NCBI GenBank assembly: GCA_004764695.1
Contig: SMSO01000031.1
Location: forward strand, 7,422,761-7,486,760
Length of the DNA stretch: 64,000 nt
Origin: Schizochytrium sp. TIO01
Taxonomy: Eukaryota; Protista; Bigyra: Labyrinthulomycetes
Reading direction: 5' to 3'
The position numbers were made by a program, and so were the translations under genes. The notes beneath the pieces are model-generated. The model saw only the letters and a program-made list of their open reading frames with translations. It did no database searches and had not been told where the DNA came from. Every line of letters begins with the position of its first letter. Position 1 is the stretch's first letter. Of this stretch, positions 1 through 13,800 are shown in pieces.

Positions 1-3000
1 TGGGATTATGCGTGTAAATTCACATGCCCTAAAGAAACTCCTCTTGCCGAGTCCATATACTTGCCTCATGGCAGTGAAGGAAGTCATCCCAAGCATTATG
101 AATGTAGAATCCAAAGAGCTTCTTGAAGAGATTGCTAATGCTATGACAAAGGCCTCTTACGAACCTAAAACTGTTGCTGAATTTACGACAAAGTGCAAAT
201 TCCTTACCATCGCACCTGATCTCTTGAAGGATCTTGGTGACAAGGCAAGCCACATTAAACAATTTGCGATGATTTTAGAGCGTCATAAATGGACAATTCC
301 AGAGCAAGAAGTTGCGCACATGCGTATGATCACAGACCAATTGAATGAACTTACATCAACAGTAGAAGCTTGCGAAGCTCGCAAGCAGGAAGATACTGCA
401 AAATTCATCAAGCTCATCAGTAGTCAAGTGCCAAAGGTTCAAAAGGAAATTACTTCTTTACGAGAGAAGCTTGATCACCCTGGCATTGAAGACGCAAAGT
501 CAAACATGGATGAGATGGTCAAGTACATGAAAACGCAGAATGACAAACTTGAAAGTGTTCGCACTGAGATTGAAGTCCTGCAGAGCAACCAGTCCTACTT
601 GGACCTTGAAGTGTCTGAGTTCGAAGTTCTGGATGAGGTAGTGCAAGATCTCAAAGTAAAATACGATCTTTGGATGGGTATCAAATCATGGTCAAATTTA
701 CTCAAGCAGTGGATGAATACGGAATTTAAGGACTTAGACGCAGAGGAGATGGACAAGCAAGTCAAAGTGCATGATAAGACTGCGTTTAAAGCGATTCGTG
801 CTTTACCAAGTTCAACATCAGGTCCAAGCCTTAAGGATGCTGTCAACCATGTAAAGATCACACTCCCTGTAATTGTTTCCCTGTGTTCAGACTCGTTACA
901 AGAACGTCATTGGGACAAGATCCATGATTTGGTGGGCTACCAAATTAAAAATGTGGAAGGGTTCACACTTGGAAAGCTTATGGAGAACAAAATTGGCAAA
1001 TACGAGGAGGAGATTCAAGGAATCGCGGTTGCTGCTGCACAAGAAATGGTCTTAGAGGCAATGCTTGCCAAGATCGAAAAGGTGTGGAAGTCCTCTGAGC
1101 TCGAACTCAAGAATTATAAAGAGCAAAAAGACGTCTACATTCTTGGAAGTGTGGAAGAAATAATCACAAATCTTGATGATTCATTGGTCACCATTAGTAC
1201 TATCATGGGATCGCGTTATGTTGCTGGTATCAAAGATGTTGTCGAATCATGGCGCAAAAAGCTCGTAACTTTCCAGGAGACCTTAGATGAGTGGCTAGTC
1301 TGCCAACGTGGCTGGATGTACCTCGAGACCATTTTTTCTGCCCCTGACATTCAGCGACAGCTTCCTGTTGAGTCTAAAAAGTTTTTTGCTGTTGATACGT
1401 TCTGGAAGACCCACATGAAGCGGACCGCAGACGACCCAAATGCCCTGAAAGCGTGCACCATACCTGCGCTATGTGACAAATTTAAGAGTTGCAATGAAAC
1501 TTTGGACAAAATCCAGAAGAGTCTTGAAGACTATTTGGAAACCAAACGAGCTGCTTTTCCACGTTTCTACTTCCTTGCTAACGATGAGTTGCTAGAAATT
1601 CTTGCACAAACAAAAGACCCTCAGGCTGTGCAACCCCATTTACGTAAGTGCTTTGACGCTTTGGTTGGCCTAGACTTTGGATCGAAAGCGAGCAGTATTG
1701 ATATTGAGGCTATGCTTTCTCCTGAAGGCGAGCGGATTGAGCTAGGTAAAAATCTCAAGGCCCGTGGTAATGTTGAGGACTGGCTGTCTTCAGTTGAGCA
1801 ACATATGCGAACGTCTCTTCAGAAACTTATGAAAGTAGGTCTTCTCGACTACCCTACAAAGGCTCGAAGACATTGGGTACTCGACCACCCAGGTCAGATC
1901 GTAGCAACTGCTGCTCAAATGACTTGGGTCCAAGGCACTGAGTCTGCTCTTCGTGCAGAAGACTCTCCAACAGCCGTGGCATCATGGTTTCAAGAAAATC
2001 TAGATGAATTGCAGGCGTTGATTGCACTTATTCGTAGTGAATTAACAAAGCGCCAACGTCTTGTTATTGTAGCTCTTGTAACTACAGATGTACACGCCCG
2101 TGATATTGTTGATACTTTGAAACGGGAGCGTATTAGTGACGTTGGTAACTTCACCTGGCAAATGCAGCTCCGTTACTACTGGGACGCGGACGTCGATGAT
2201 TGCCGAGTACGGCATTCTGATGCCGTAATTAATTTCGGTTATGAATATCAGGGTTGCACCACTCGATTGGTGATTACTCCTTTAACTGATCGTTGTTGGA
2301 TGACAATTACTGGCTCATATGGACTGAAGTTAGGTGCTGCACCTGCTGGCCCGGCTGGAACAGGCAAAACTGAGTCCAGTAAGGACCTCGCAAAGGCTTT
2401 GGGAGTGCAGTGTATCGTCTTTAATTGTTCTGACCAAATTGATTACAAAATGATGGGTAAACTTTTCCGGGGTCTGGCACAGACAGGAGCCTGGACTTGT
2501 TTAGATGAGTTCAACCGTATCGATATTGAAGTTTTGTCCGTCGTTGCTCAGCAGCTTCTACTTCTCCGCCAAGGTCGTCTTGAAGGAAAACAACGCATTA
2601 TGTTCATGGGTGTTGATATCTTGCTGAAAGACCACCATGTAATTGTAACAATGAACCCAGGCTATGCTGGTCGTACTGAGCTTCCAGATAACCTTAAGGT
2701 CTGTTTTCGTCCTGTTTCTATGATGGTCCCCGATTATGCCTTAATTGCTGAAATTATGCTCTTCGCAGAAGGTTTTGGCGATGCCAAAACTCTTTCGCGG
2801 AAGATGATTAAACTATTTCACTTGAGTTCACAGCAGCTTTCTCAGCAGCCTCACTATGATTATGGTCTTCGGGCTGTCAAATCTGTGCTTGTTATGGCCG
2901 GTGGTTTGAAACGTGGTAACCCTGAATTAAGTGAAGACGTGACTCTTATTCGAGCGTTGCGCGATTCAAACGTTCCCAAGTGTCTCTCCGAGGATTTACC

Positions 3001-6000
3001 TTTATTTTATGCAATTGTATCTGACCTTTTCCCTGGAGTAGTTGTGCCCGTACATGATTACGGTCTTTTCCAGGAAGCCATTGAGGAAGAAATCATTCGT
3101 ATGAACCTCCAAATTGTCCCAAGCTTTATTACCAAGGTCATTCAGCAATTCGATGTTTTCAATGTTCGTTTTGGCGCAACAATTGTTGGCCCCACCGGTG
3201 GCGGCAAGACAACCTGCTGGAAGGTGCTGCAGGAAGCTATGAAAAATATGCGCGATCGAGGCGTTGATGACGAGAGGTACCAATACGCGGAAGCATCTGT
3301 ATTAAACCCCAAAGTGCATTACCATGGGTGAGCTGTATGGTGAGTTTAATGAGCTGACCCAGGAGTGGCACGATGGACTTGCTTCTACGATAATGCGGAA
3401 AGCTGTCAATGATTGTGATGGTACAGATATGGTCAAGCGCTGGACTGTTTTTGATGGTCCTATTGATGCTTTGTGGATTGAGAATATGAACACTGTGCTT
3501 GATGATAACATGACGCTTTGCTTAGCAAATGGTGAACGAATCAAGCTCAAGGTTCAAATGAAGTGTCTTTTTGAAGTGATGGATCTGGCTGTAGCATCTC
3601 CTGCTACGGTGTCTCGCCTTGGTGTCATGTACATGGCTCCAGAAGACCTTGGATGGCGGCCTCTTGTTGTGAGTTGGCTCGCGTCCTCAGCTCTTCCACC
3701 TGGCACGCCAGCATACCTTAAGGAATACCTGCTTGAGAATTTTGATCTGTTCATCAATAGCTCATTGCGGTACATTCGCCGCAATTGCGCTGAACCTGTA
3801 GCTACCTTAAACGGTGATTTGGTAACCTCGTTGTGTAAGCTCTTTGAGTCTCTACTGCGTCCAGAAATGGGTGTTAAATTGTTTTCAAAGGATGCTTCGG
3901 CAAATCTCAAAGAAGCAGATGCAAAGAAACTTGTGGATAAACTATTCCTTTTTAGTCTCATCTGGGCGATTGGTGGTACCATTAGCTTTGAAGGCTGGGA
4001 TGGCTTCAATGAAATGATTCGCGCTGCGTTTGATGCTACAGATAGGAAAGTACAGATTCCTCCTGGAGGTGTTGTGTATGACTACTTCGTAGACATTGAA
4101 GGCGATCCTGGAGGCCAATGGAAGGGCTTTGAAGAAATCATCCCAAGCTTTACATTTGATGGAAATGTGCCTTACTTTCAGCTTCTTGTGCCCAGTGTCG
4201 ACACAACTCGTTATTCTTATGTCATCAGACAGCTTATGAAGCGCGATCGGCCTGTTTTTCTCACTGGTGTAACCGGTACAGGAAAGACATCTGTAGTAGC
4301 TGATACCCTTTCACGGGCGTCTCCTCTTTCTGACGATGATCCAGAAAATGGAATGGGAGTAGTTCCTGTCTTTATGAGTTTCTCTGCGAAAACCAGCTCC
4401 CTCGTCACCCAAGAGACTATAGAAGCCAAACTTGAGAAAAAGCGAAAGACCCTCTTAGGCGCACCTGCTGGACGCCGCGTGGTGATTTTTGTAGATGATG
4501 TTAACATGCCCTTGGTTGAAGAATATGGTGCACAGCCTCCAGTTGAGCTTTTGCGTCAATTCCTGGACATGAAAGGATTTTATGATCGTGACAAACTGTT
4601 TTGGAAGGACATTGAGGACACAATGTTGATGGTGGCTGCAGCACCTCCAGGGGGTGGTCGCAATCCTGTAACCCCTCGTTTTAAGCGTCATTTTAACATT
4701 CTTTGTATGCGTCCTGCATCTGGCAAGACCATGCAACATATCTTCAAAGCAATTCTTGGAGGATTTGCGCAAGGATTTCCTAACGATGCATGTCGCGACC
4801 TGGTACCTTCTATTGTCGCCTCAGTTGTTGAAATCTTTGAACGAATTAGTACCGAATTACTTCCAACACCAGCAAAGTCTCACTATACCTTTAACTTGCG
4901 CGATGTCTCCAAGGTATTTCAAGGTATTCTTATGACACCAGCCAAAAAGTGTGCAGACGTAGATACCTTGGCATTGCTATTTATGCATGAGTCAATGCGC
5001 GTATTCCATGATCGTCTCATTAATATAGAGGATAAGAGATGGTTCACCAATCTATTAATTGAGCTTGCAAATCGCCAGCTTAAGCTCAGCATGACTCATG
5101 AAAAGGTCTTTGAAAGTGATTGGCCCGTTATGTTTTGCGATTTCCTTCGTCCCGGCCTGGCACTAGATGAGCGCATTTATGAATATGCTAAGGACCAACC
5201 GAAGGTACAACAAGTACTCGAGGACAATCTTGACGAATACAATATGTCAAACCCAACGCAAATGAACCTTGTTTTCTTTAGAGATGCTGTTGAGCACATT
5301 TCCCGTATTGCGCGTATCATTCGGCAGCCGCGAGGCAACGCACTTCTTATCGGAGTGGGTGGTAGTGGAAACAAAGTTGCACACGCCTCGCTAGTTTCAT
5401 GAGTGATTTTGAGTGTTTTCAAATTGAACTCGTGCGTGGCTACGGCTTGCAGGAGTTTCATGAAGATATCAAAACCCTTATGATCAAGACTGGTGTGAAA
5501 GGCCAGCATACTGTGTTCCTGTTCACTGATACTCAAATTGTCGAAGAGGCGTTTCTAGAAGATATCAACAATATCCTTAACAGTGGTGAGATTCCAAATT
5601 TGTTTCCGCAAGATGAAATGGATCGGATTTTGAATGACATGATTCCAGTCGTCAAGGAAATGGGCATTCCTGAAACGCGAGAGAATTGCCGTCTGCAATT
5701 TATCTCGCGTGTTCGTGACCTTTTACATATCGTGCTATGCATGTCCCCTGTTGGTGATTCACTACGTATTCGCTGCCGGAACTTTCCATCTTTGATCAAC
5801 TGTACGACAATCGATTGGTACATGGAGTGGCCGCAATCTGCACTAATGTCTGTCGCACAACGCTTCTTGGCGGAACTTGACACCACTCCACAGATTAGAG
5901 AAGCACTTGTTGCAATGTGTGGAGAGATTCACACCAGTGTGATTGATATATCAGAGGAGTTCTTCGAAAAGCTGCGGCGTCGCGTGTACACAACTCCAAA

Positions 6001-9000
6001 GAGTTACCTTGATCTTATTGATTTATATCGTACCATGCTTGCGGAGAAGCGAGAAGATCTGAAAATCGTTGAGAAGCGGATGGAAGTAGGTGTTCAAAAG
6101 CTAAACGAAACAAACCAAATCGTTGATGATTTACAAGCAGAGCTTGTAAAACTTCAGCCTGTTCTGGTCGTTAAGACTCAAGAAACTGAGGCTCTCATCA
6201 AACAAGTCAACAAAGATAAAGCTGAAGCGGCCGTCGTGGAGGAGCGTGTTGCGGCAGATGAAGCAGTCGTCAAGGCTCAGGCTGCCGAGGTGGGTGCTGT
6301 TCAAGCTGATGCTCAAGCTGACCTTGACGTTGCAATGCCAGCTCTGAATGATGCTCTTAAGTCACTCGATGCTCTTGATAAGAAAGACATTACTGAAATC
6401 AAGTCTTTTGCAAAACCCCCTCCTGCTGTACAAACTGTGATGGAGGCTATTTGTATCCTCATGGGGGCCAAACCGGACTGGGACAGTTCTAAGAAGCTGC
6501 TCAATGACGCAAACTTTATGAAAAATCTCAAGGAATATGATAAAGACAACATCTCGCCCGCGACTGTGAAAAAGGTTAAGAAATACACGGCTATGGAGAT
6601 CATGCAGGTTGATAATGTGAAAAAAGTGTCTGTTGCAGCAACTTCTTTATGTATGTTTGTACATGCTATGGATATTTACAGTGACGTAGCAAAGGAGGTC
6701 GCCCCCAAGATGGCAAAGTTGAAAGAGATGAATGATCAAATGAATCAAGCCAATGCTCTGCTGGCGGAAAAGCAAGCTGAATTGCAGGCTGTAAGAGACA
6801 AAGTTGCAGCCCTTCAGCAACAGCTGGATGAAACTCTTGCGGCAAAGAAAGAACTCGAAGACCAGAGCCAACTGACGAAGGACCGACTTGTTCGCGCAGA
6901 AAAATTGACTTCTGGTCTTGCCTCAGAAGGTGTGCGCTGGAAGCAAACCCTTTCTGATATTGCCAAGGATATGGAGCTTCTTACAGGTGATGTAATGATT
7001 TCTGCAGGTTGCATTTCATACTATGGTGCGTTCACGGGACCTTTCCGTGAGCGGCTTGTTAAGCACTGGCTAGCACGTTGCCAGGACTTGAAGATCCCTT
7101 GTACAGATAATGCTTCCCTACAAAACACAATTGGAAATCCAGTGCAACTTCGAGCATGGCAAATTGACGGACTTCCTACAGATGCGGTTTCTGCAGATAG
7201 TGCTTTGCTTGTTTTCCGCGGGAAGAGGTGGCCGCTCATGATTGATCCACAGGGTCAAGCCAATCGCTGGATCAAAAATACAGAGTCTGTGAATAACATC
7301 GAGGTTATCAAGATGTCAAACCCAAATCTCTTGCGTTCTCTCGAAAATGGCATTCGAGTTGGACGCCCTGTTCTCATTGAAGACTTGGATGAACGTATTG
7401 ATCCATCACTAGAGCCAGTCCTTCAGAAGGCAGTATTCTTTCAGGGTGGACGAAAATTGATTCATCTGGGTGACTCTGATATTGACTATGATGACAATTT
7501 CAAGTTCTATATGACCACGAAGATGCCAAACCCACACTACTTGCCAGAGATTTGCATCAAAGTGACTCTCATCAATTTTACTGTAACCTTCATTGGTTTG
7601 ACTGATCAACTTCTAGGTGATGTTGTGAAAGCAGAGCGCCCTGATGTCGAGGAGAAGAAGAATAAACTCGTCACAACAATGGCTGCAGATGCAAAACAAC
7701 TGAAAGACCTCGAAGCAAAGATTCTGCAACTTTTATCTGAATCTACGGGAAATATTCTTGATGATGAGGTCCTTATCAATACTCTCGCAGACTCCAAAAC
7801 TACCTCTGCGATCATTCACGAGCGTGTTGAGGAGTCAAAGAAAACGCAGGTTAGCATTGAAGAAGCTCGTGCGTCATACAGACGAGTTGCGACACGCGGT
7901 GCTATTATCTATTTCGTTATCGCTGACTTGACACAGATTGATCCTATGTATCAATACTCGCTAAGTTTCGTCAAATCTTTGTTTCTCACAAGTCTTTCTT
8001 TGCCCCAGCCAGCTAAAGATCCAGCAGACACTCGAAGTGATTTCGAGAGACGGCTTGCTCATCTGAATAAGGCTCAAACAGAGTACATTTTTACACAGGT
8101 TGCAAGAGGTTTGTTTGAGACACATAAGTCTTTGTTTGCAAGTTTGATCTGCTTTCAAATTCTTCTAAACGCAGGAACAATCTCCCGAGCCGAATTTATG
8201 CTTATGCTTCGGGGGGCAGGCGTAGTTGACCGCACTGGAATGGCCAATATTCCAGACGCAGCAATTGAAGCAGAACTTTTGAATGAAGCCCAATGGGATA
8301 ATATTTGTGCAATGGATCGGGATCTTGCAGTATCACTTCACCACAGTGATGGAGGTGAGCAAGAAGAGAACGATGATGAGGGCGAAGAAAAACTCCGATG
8401 AAGACGTAGGCGAAACTTCTCAAACGTATCGACCTTTTAGAGATCTTGCCGCGTCGATCAGTGAACACTTTGATGAATGGCGACCTTGGTTTGAATCTGA
8501 TGGCCCCTATTTTGAGAAGATGCCATTTGAATTTGAAACACAGATGAATTCATATCAGAAGTTGATGCTTGTCAAAGTCATTAAAGAGGAGTCTCTTTTG
8601 GTAGCAATGAACAGCTTTGTGGAAGCCTCGCTAGGTCGTTCCTTTGTAGAGTTCCCTCCTGTCCAAATGGAGGATGTCTTTAGTGGAACAAACAGATTCA
8701 CGCCACTAATTTTTGTTCTATCTCAAGGTGCTGATCCTACTGCCATGCTGCTGAAGTTTGCGAAGGAAAAGGGTTATGGAGACCGGCTTCATGTGATTTC
8801 GTTGGGACAAGGACAAGGTCCTCACGCTGAACGTCTCATTGAGAGCTCTGTGAAGAATGGCGACTGGGTACTGCTTCAGAACTGTCATCTTGCAAAGTCG
8901 TGGATGCCAACTTTGGAGAAAATTGTACTCGGGTTAGAAGAGAACCAAGATGTCATTCATGAGGACTTTCGTTTATACCTTACGTCTTTTCCAGCAAACT

Positions 9001-10508
9001 ACTTTCCAGTAACAGTTCTTCAGAATGGCGTTAAGTTGACCAACGAGCCACCTAAAGGTTTGCGTGCAAACTTGATCCGCAGTTTCGATAATAATATTGT
9101 TAGTGAGTCTATCTGGGAAGGCTGCCTCAAGCCACAGCCGTGGAAAAAATTGCTTTTAGGGTTTTCATTTTTCCATGCACTCGTTCAAGAACGTCGCAAG
9201 TTTGGTCCGTTGGGCTGGAATATTCGCTATGAATTCAACGATTCTGATCTGGAGACATCCCGGGAGACTCTTCGTCGCTTCTTAGACGAACAGGCGGTTG
9301 TTCCATGGGATGCTTTGCTGTATGTAACGGGTCAAATTAACTATGGTGGTCGTGTTACTGATGACTGGGATCGCCGTTGTTTAATGGGTATCCTGAAAAA
9401 GTATTGCAATCCCGGTATCCTTGATGATGAGTACAAATTCTCAACTTCTGGAATGTACTATGCACCGCCAGAGTGCAGCTTTGGCGACATCAACATATAC
9501 TTAAAGCAGCTCCCTATGGTAGACAACCCTGAGGTTTTTGGAATGCATAAGAACGCTGAAATCACGTTTCAGAAGGCAGAGAGTACAAACATGATCACTA
9601 CTATGTTAAGTTTACAACCTCGTGAATCAGGTGGAGGTGGGGGGATGAGCTCTGATGACATTGTTTTGGACCTAGTTGCAGAGATCGAGTCCCAGGTACC
9701 AGCTATTTTGGACAAGGAGATGGCTGGACCCAACACCTTTGTGGTCCTTGACACAGGCTTGATCTCTTCTTTGGACACTGTCCTGTCCCAAGAAATGGTC
9801 AAGTTCAACAAACTGATTCGAACAATGAATTCAACGCTTAAAGAGCTCTCAAGGGCTATCAAGGGACTTGTTGTCATGAGTTTAGACCTTGACAAGATGT
9901 ACAGCGCATTTCTTGTAAACAAGGTACCTCCCAACTGGGCAAGAGTTGGGTTTGCGTCTAGAAAGACACTGATGAGCTGGGTGAAGGATATGATCTTCCG
10001 CGTAGAGTTCCTAAGGAAGTGGTTGCTAGATGGCCAGCCAGTCAACTTCCCTCTGCAAGCATTCTTTTTTCCACAAGGTTTTATGACAGGTACCTTACAA
10101 ACACACGCTAGAAAGTACAAAGTTGCTGTTGACGAACTCACTTTCAACAATTCGATTGTAAACAAGGATCTAGAAGATATTGACGAAGCACCTGATGATG
10201 GTGTTCTTGTTTATGGTATGTGGATGGAGGGAGCGCGATTCAATCGAGAGACGGAGCTCATGGACCAGTCGCTGCTTGGACAAATGTTTACCGCTCTTCC
10301 GACGGTTCATTTGGTCCCAGAAATCAACTTTATACCTGGCCCAAAAGATTATCGTTGCCCAGTGTACAAGACATCTGACCGCCAGGGTGTCTTGAGCACA
10401 ACTGGTATGTCGACCAATTTTGTTCTGGCTGTATCGGTACAAACAGACGTTGATCCAAATACATGGGTTATGATGGGTTGCGCATGCCTTCTCAACCTGG
10501 ATGACTAA
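1..10508 (+). CDS. Axonemal dynein heavy chain, single-headed inner-arm type (DNAH6-like); 5'-partial and split by three 1-nt frameshifts (~3310, ~5370, ~8390)
   Basis: Four consecutive ORFs (8-3331, 3324-5402, 5399-8401, 8283-10508) form one dynein. Motifs: FPRFYFL linker, P1 GPAGTGKT with DEFNRI and RPVSMMVPD, P2 GPTGGGKT, P3 GVTGTGKT, P4 GVGGSG(KQS), coiled-coil stalk with MTBD (EIKSFAKPP), AAA5 RWPLMIDPQGQA, AAA6 WVLLQNCHL and GWNIRYEF, C-terminal CPVYKT. The subfamily call is from recalled motif similarity. Confidence 0.95.
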
Positions 10509-10868
10509 ACAAAATCTTCGTTTTGTAAAAAATTAAATTACACATTAAAAACAGTAAAACATTCAAAAGCAATTTAAAAGCATAAAGATAATGATTAATG
10601 CAACAGTTTTCTGTCATAAATCAGGTATAACAAATAGATCAATATTTTCTCTTCTTCCACTGAAGGGATTATCACAACTAGTATTCTTCTCTTAAGCAAG
10701 TATAAAAGAACGGGAAAATATTGATCTAGCAGCTTCGTTTTTCTGGCGCTATGTGAGAATCTTGATATCCTGGCCTTATAAATCTTTAGATCTTGCATTC
10801 ATACGCCAAGTCCTCTCATACAAGCAGGCAATAATGAATTATAGAATGTAAATATCATTTTATCGATT

Positions 10869-13800
10869 CTATTTCGCAACGTGCTTGTTCATAAAAAATA
10901 ACAGTCCACCTGGGTATCGTCCACAGAATTGCTTCCATTTGGCCTGAGTAATGATGAGTGCAGTGCCTTCCTCAACACAAAAGCAAGTTGAGGCAACGGG
11001 AGCATCTGCAAAAACTGCATCAAAGTCCCCGATGATAATGCCCTCTCCGCACAAGTCCTCAGTAGTATTTGCTTCAATGTCGATCATTCCTCTGTGGTGA
11101 GTAAACGTTTCTCCTTTCCCACTCATAGAAGATGCACTAAACAGTAAAGAACTCTTGCGCCGTTTCTTACTATCAAGCGCGCCTGAGCTGTTCATGAAAC
11201 TAGGCATTCTCCCTGGTGCTTCTTTGCTTTCAGTTTCGCTGTAGTCTAAGCTCTGATCATTTGAAAAACTCAGTTCGCCAGAGCGTGGACTTCGTGGACT
11301 TCGTGGACTTCGTGGACTTGCGGACAATTCAGACCCTTCTGCCAAAGTTTCAGATCTGGTTAGAGGAATTGAGGTATCACGGGCAGCGCTGCTTGCAGAT
11401 CGGTGGATGGGGGCGTTCATTATTTTCAAATGTCCGCTGTCTTCGTCCACGGCAATATTTAAAGAAATGTTGCGATCTCGTAGTTTGACTTCATCGCACT
11501 TGAAGTGAAACAAGCCTGTTTGAACTATTAAAATAAAACCAGCAGGATCTCCAACTTCCCATGCAACCTCGCCTGCAACGAATTTTCGCTCTTCCATGAT
11601 ATATTCTAGTTGTGTTTTTGCAGTGGATGAGAATTTCCGTGTAACAGAGTTGAGGGAAATAAGCTGCCAGCTATTCGTTTTACGAGTTTCTGACAAAGTA
11701 ATCAGATCTCGAGCCACGTCTGTTCCGTGTACTAGCATATCGAAGGCTTTCTTGCTTAATGATGCAACCTTTACGTGTGTAATTGCATGTACGTCAGCAT
11801 TTCGGGGCTCCCCAGTGACTAGAGACGTCTCCCCAAAGTAATCTCCAACATTGAACATCTTTTCTTGCCGCTGGCCGTCCACAAACCAGGATACGACAGC
11901 TATTCCACGCGTGATAATATAACATTTGTCGCCTGGGTCACCTGCATGAACAATTGCTTCCCCAGGTTCAAAACACTCGTAGTGAAATGCATGAAGAATC
12001 GAAATAGCATCGCGGAAAGTTTGGCATGTAGTTTGAAACAGATCATTTGAAGCAAGCACGTCTATAATCTCAATTGCTGCCTCCATTGGCGCTGGGTTAA
12101 CAGGTAGAGACACAGTGGTTCCATTAGAAAGACTTTGTAATCCACTACCTTTAGGGATATCTTTCTGGGCTACATGTACAACATACGTTTTCGCTTTGAT
12201 TTCATCTGATAAATTTACAAGACGCTGCATGGGCGTATGAATTGGTGGAACACCAGCTTCATGTAGAATAAGATCGGCATCCCATGGAAAGCTTGCTAAG
12301 CCTTCCAATCGCCCCTTTCCGATAACCTTGTCATCATACATTCGTTGGAATAAATCCGGGTCATTATGGGTGTCTGCACTGTATGCAATGACTGTTTTGT
12401 CAACCGTGACAGAAAACCCGATACATGGAATTGTATGCAATGAATAAAAAAAATTCCATGTAGCTCCATGGATAGCAACATCTTCACCAATACAGACTTT
12501 GCGAAAATGTAACAATTGTTGTAGAAATTCCCTAGATAAGCCAGTAATTGCAGAATATTTACGAATAAATGAGTCAAAGATTGTCTGCGTCGTATAAATC
12601 GTGATATGTTGGTCCAGTAGAACTCTACGAAAGGTACCAGCATCATGATCACTATGACAGTGTGTCAGCACAACTGAATCAATAGGTCTTGCAGAAATGG
12701 AAAGCTGATTCAAGCATTCAATTGCATTTGGTGGCGGGTCAACCATAGTTCCTCTCCGATTAGCCCAAAGCACAAAACCTGTGGTTCTTCCTTTTGGGTC
12801 GAATCCGTGTGAAGTTCCGAGCATGGTCACTCCAAACACTGGAAGCTCTTCTAGTGTTTTTCCTAATGCCTCTGGGCTATCCGGGTCGAGTTCTGTAGGT
12901 GAGTGATCTGCTTGATCAAATGCATCTTTTTCAATTGAGCGTACAACCTCTTCTCCAAAAAGGGAAAAGTGCCCTGGCTCAAGAATGTGTTTTGGAGAAT
13001 GGACCTCAAAGACCTTCTCCTTCCGCTTGAACTCAATTATGACCTCGCCATTTTTCAGTGAAGTTACTAGTGTATGAGCATAACCGCTACTGTCAAAGTC
13101 AGCTCCTTCGAATATTTTAAATTCAAGCAGATCATCAATGGTGAGGGTTTTTCGAGCATTATCTAGCCATTCACCCTCATTCTTAAAGTTTGGAAAATAG
13201 TGAGAAGGACGATCAGAAGGAAAGTCCTGATCAAGCCGTAAATATTTTGCCTTTGGACCAAGCAGGGTTTCCTGAAACACAGCTCTTATCCTCGGTTCTA
13301 CAGCTGCCGTAGTGACGACTACGGTACGCTGACGACGAATAAAAAAATTGAAGTAGGCCGGAAATTCAAGTTCTGCAACGCAAAGTCCCCTTGTTCGAGA
13401 GAATAGTTGGCCTAAAACAATAAAATATTGTGGTACAGGGATGCCTAAAGTCATGGAGTCCTTGATTGTTTCGGGTGGGCATCCAAATTGAAATACCACA
13501 TCTCCGAGACGGCACCAATGACCGCCGCGTGGAAGCTCTGTGAGGTAAGTTTTTGCAAAAGGGTCAAGCGTTGTGTCATATGCTTTGAAAACTGATGACG
13601 CAGATCGTTTCATAAGTATTTTCCCAGGCTTGAAAAATCTGTGGGGCTCGACGGTCGGAATATCTGGACTAACAGATACATGCTTGTGACCATGTAATTC
13701 TACATCAGGACCTAAATTATTTTGTGAAAGCTTTGGCGTATCAAATTCTCCAGTTGGGTCATCTACGCTTTTTCTTGACGAATTCGAGTCAGTCTTAGGA

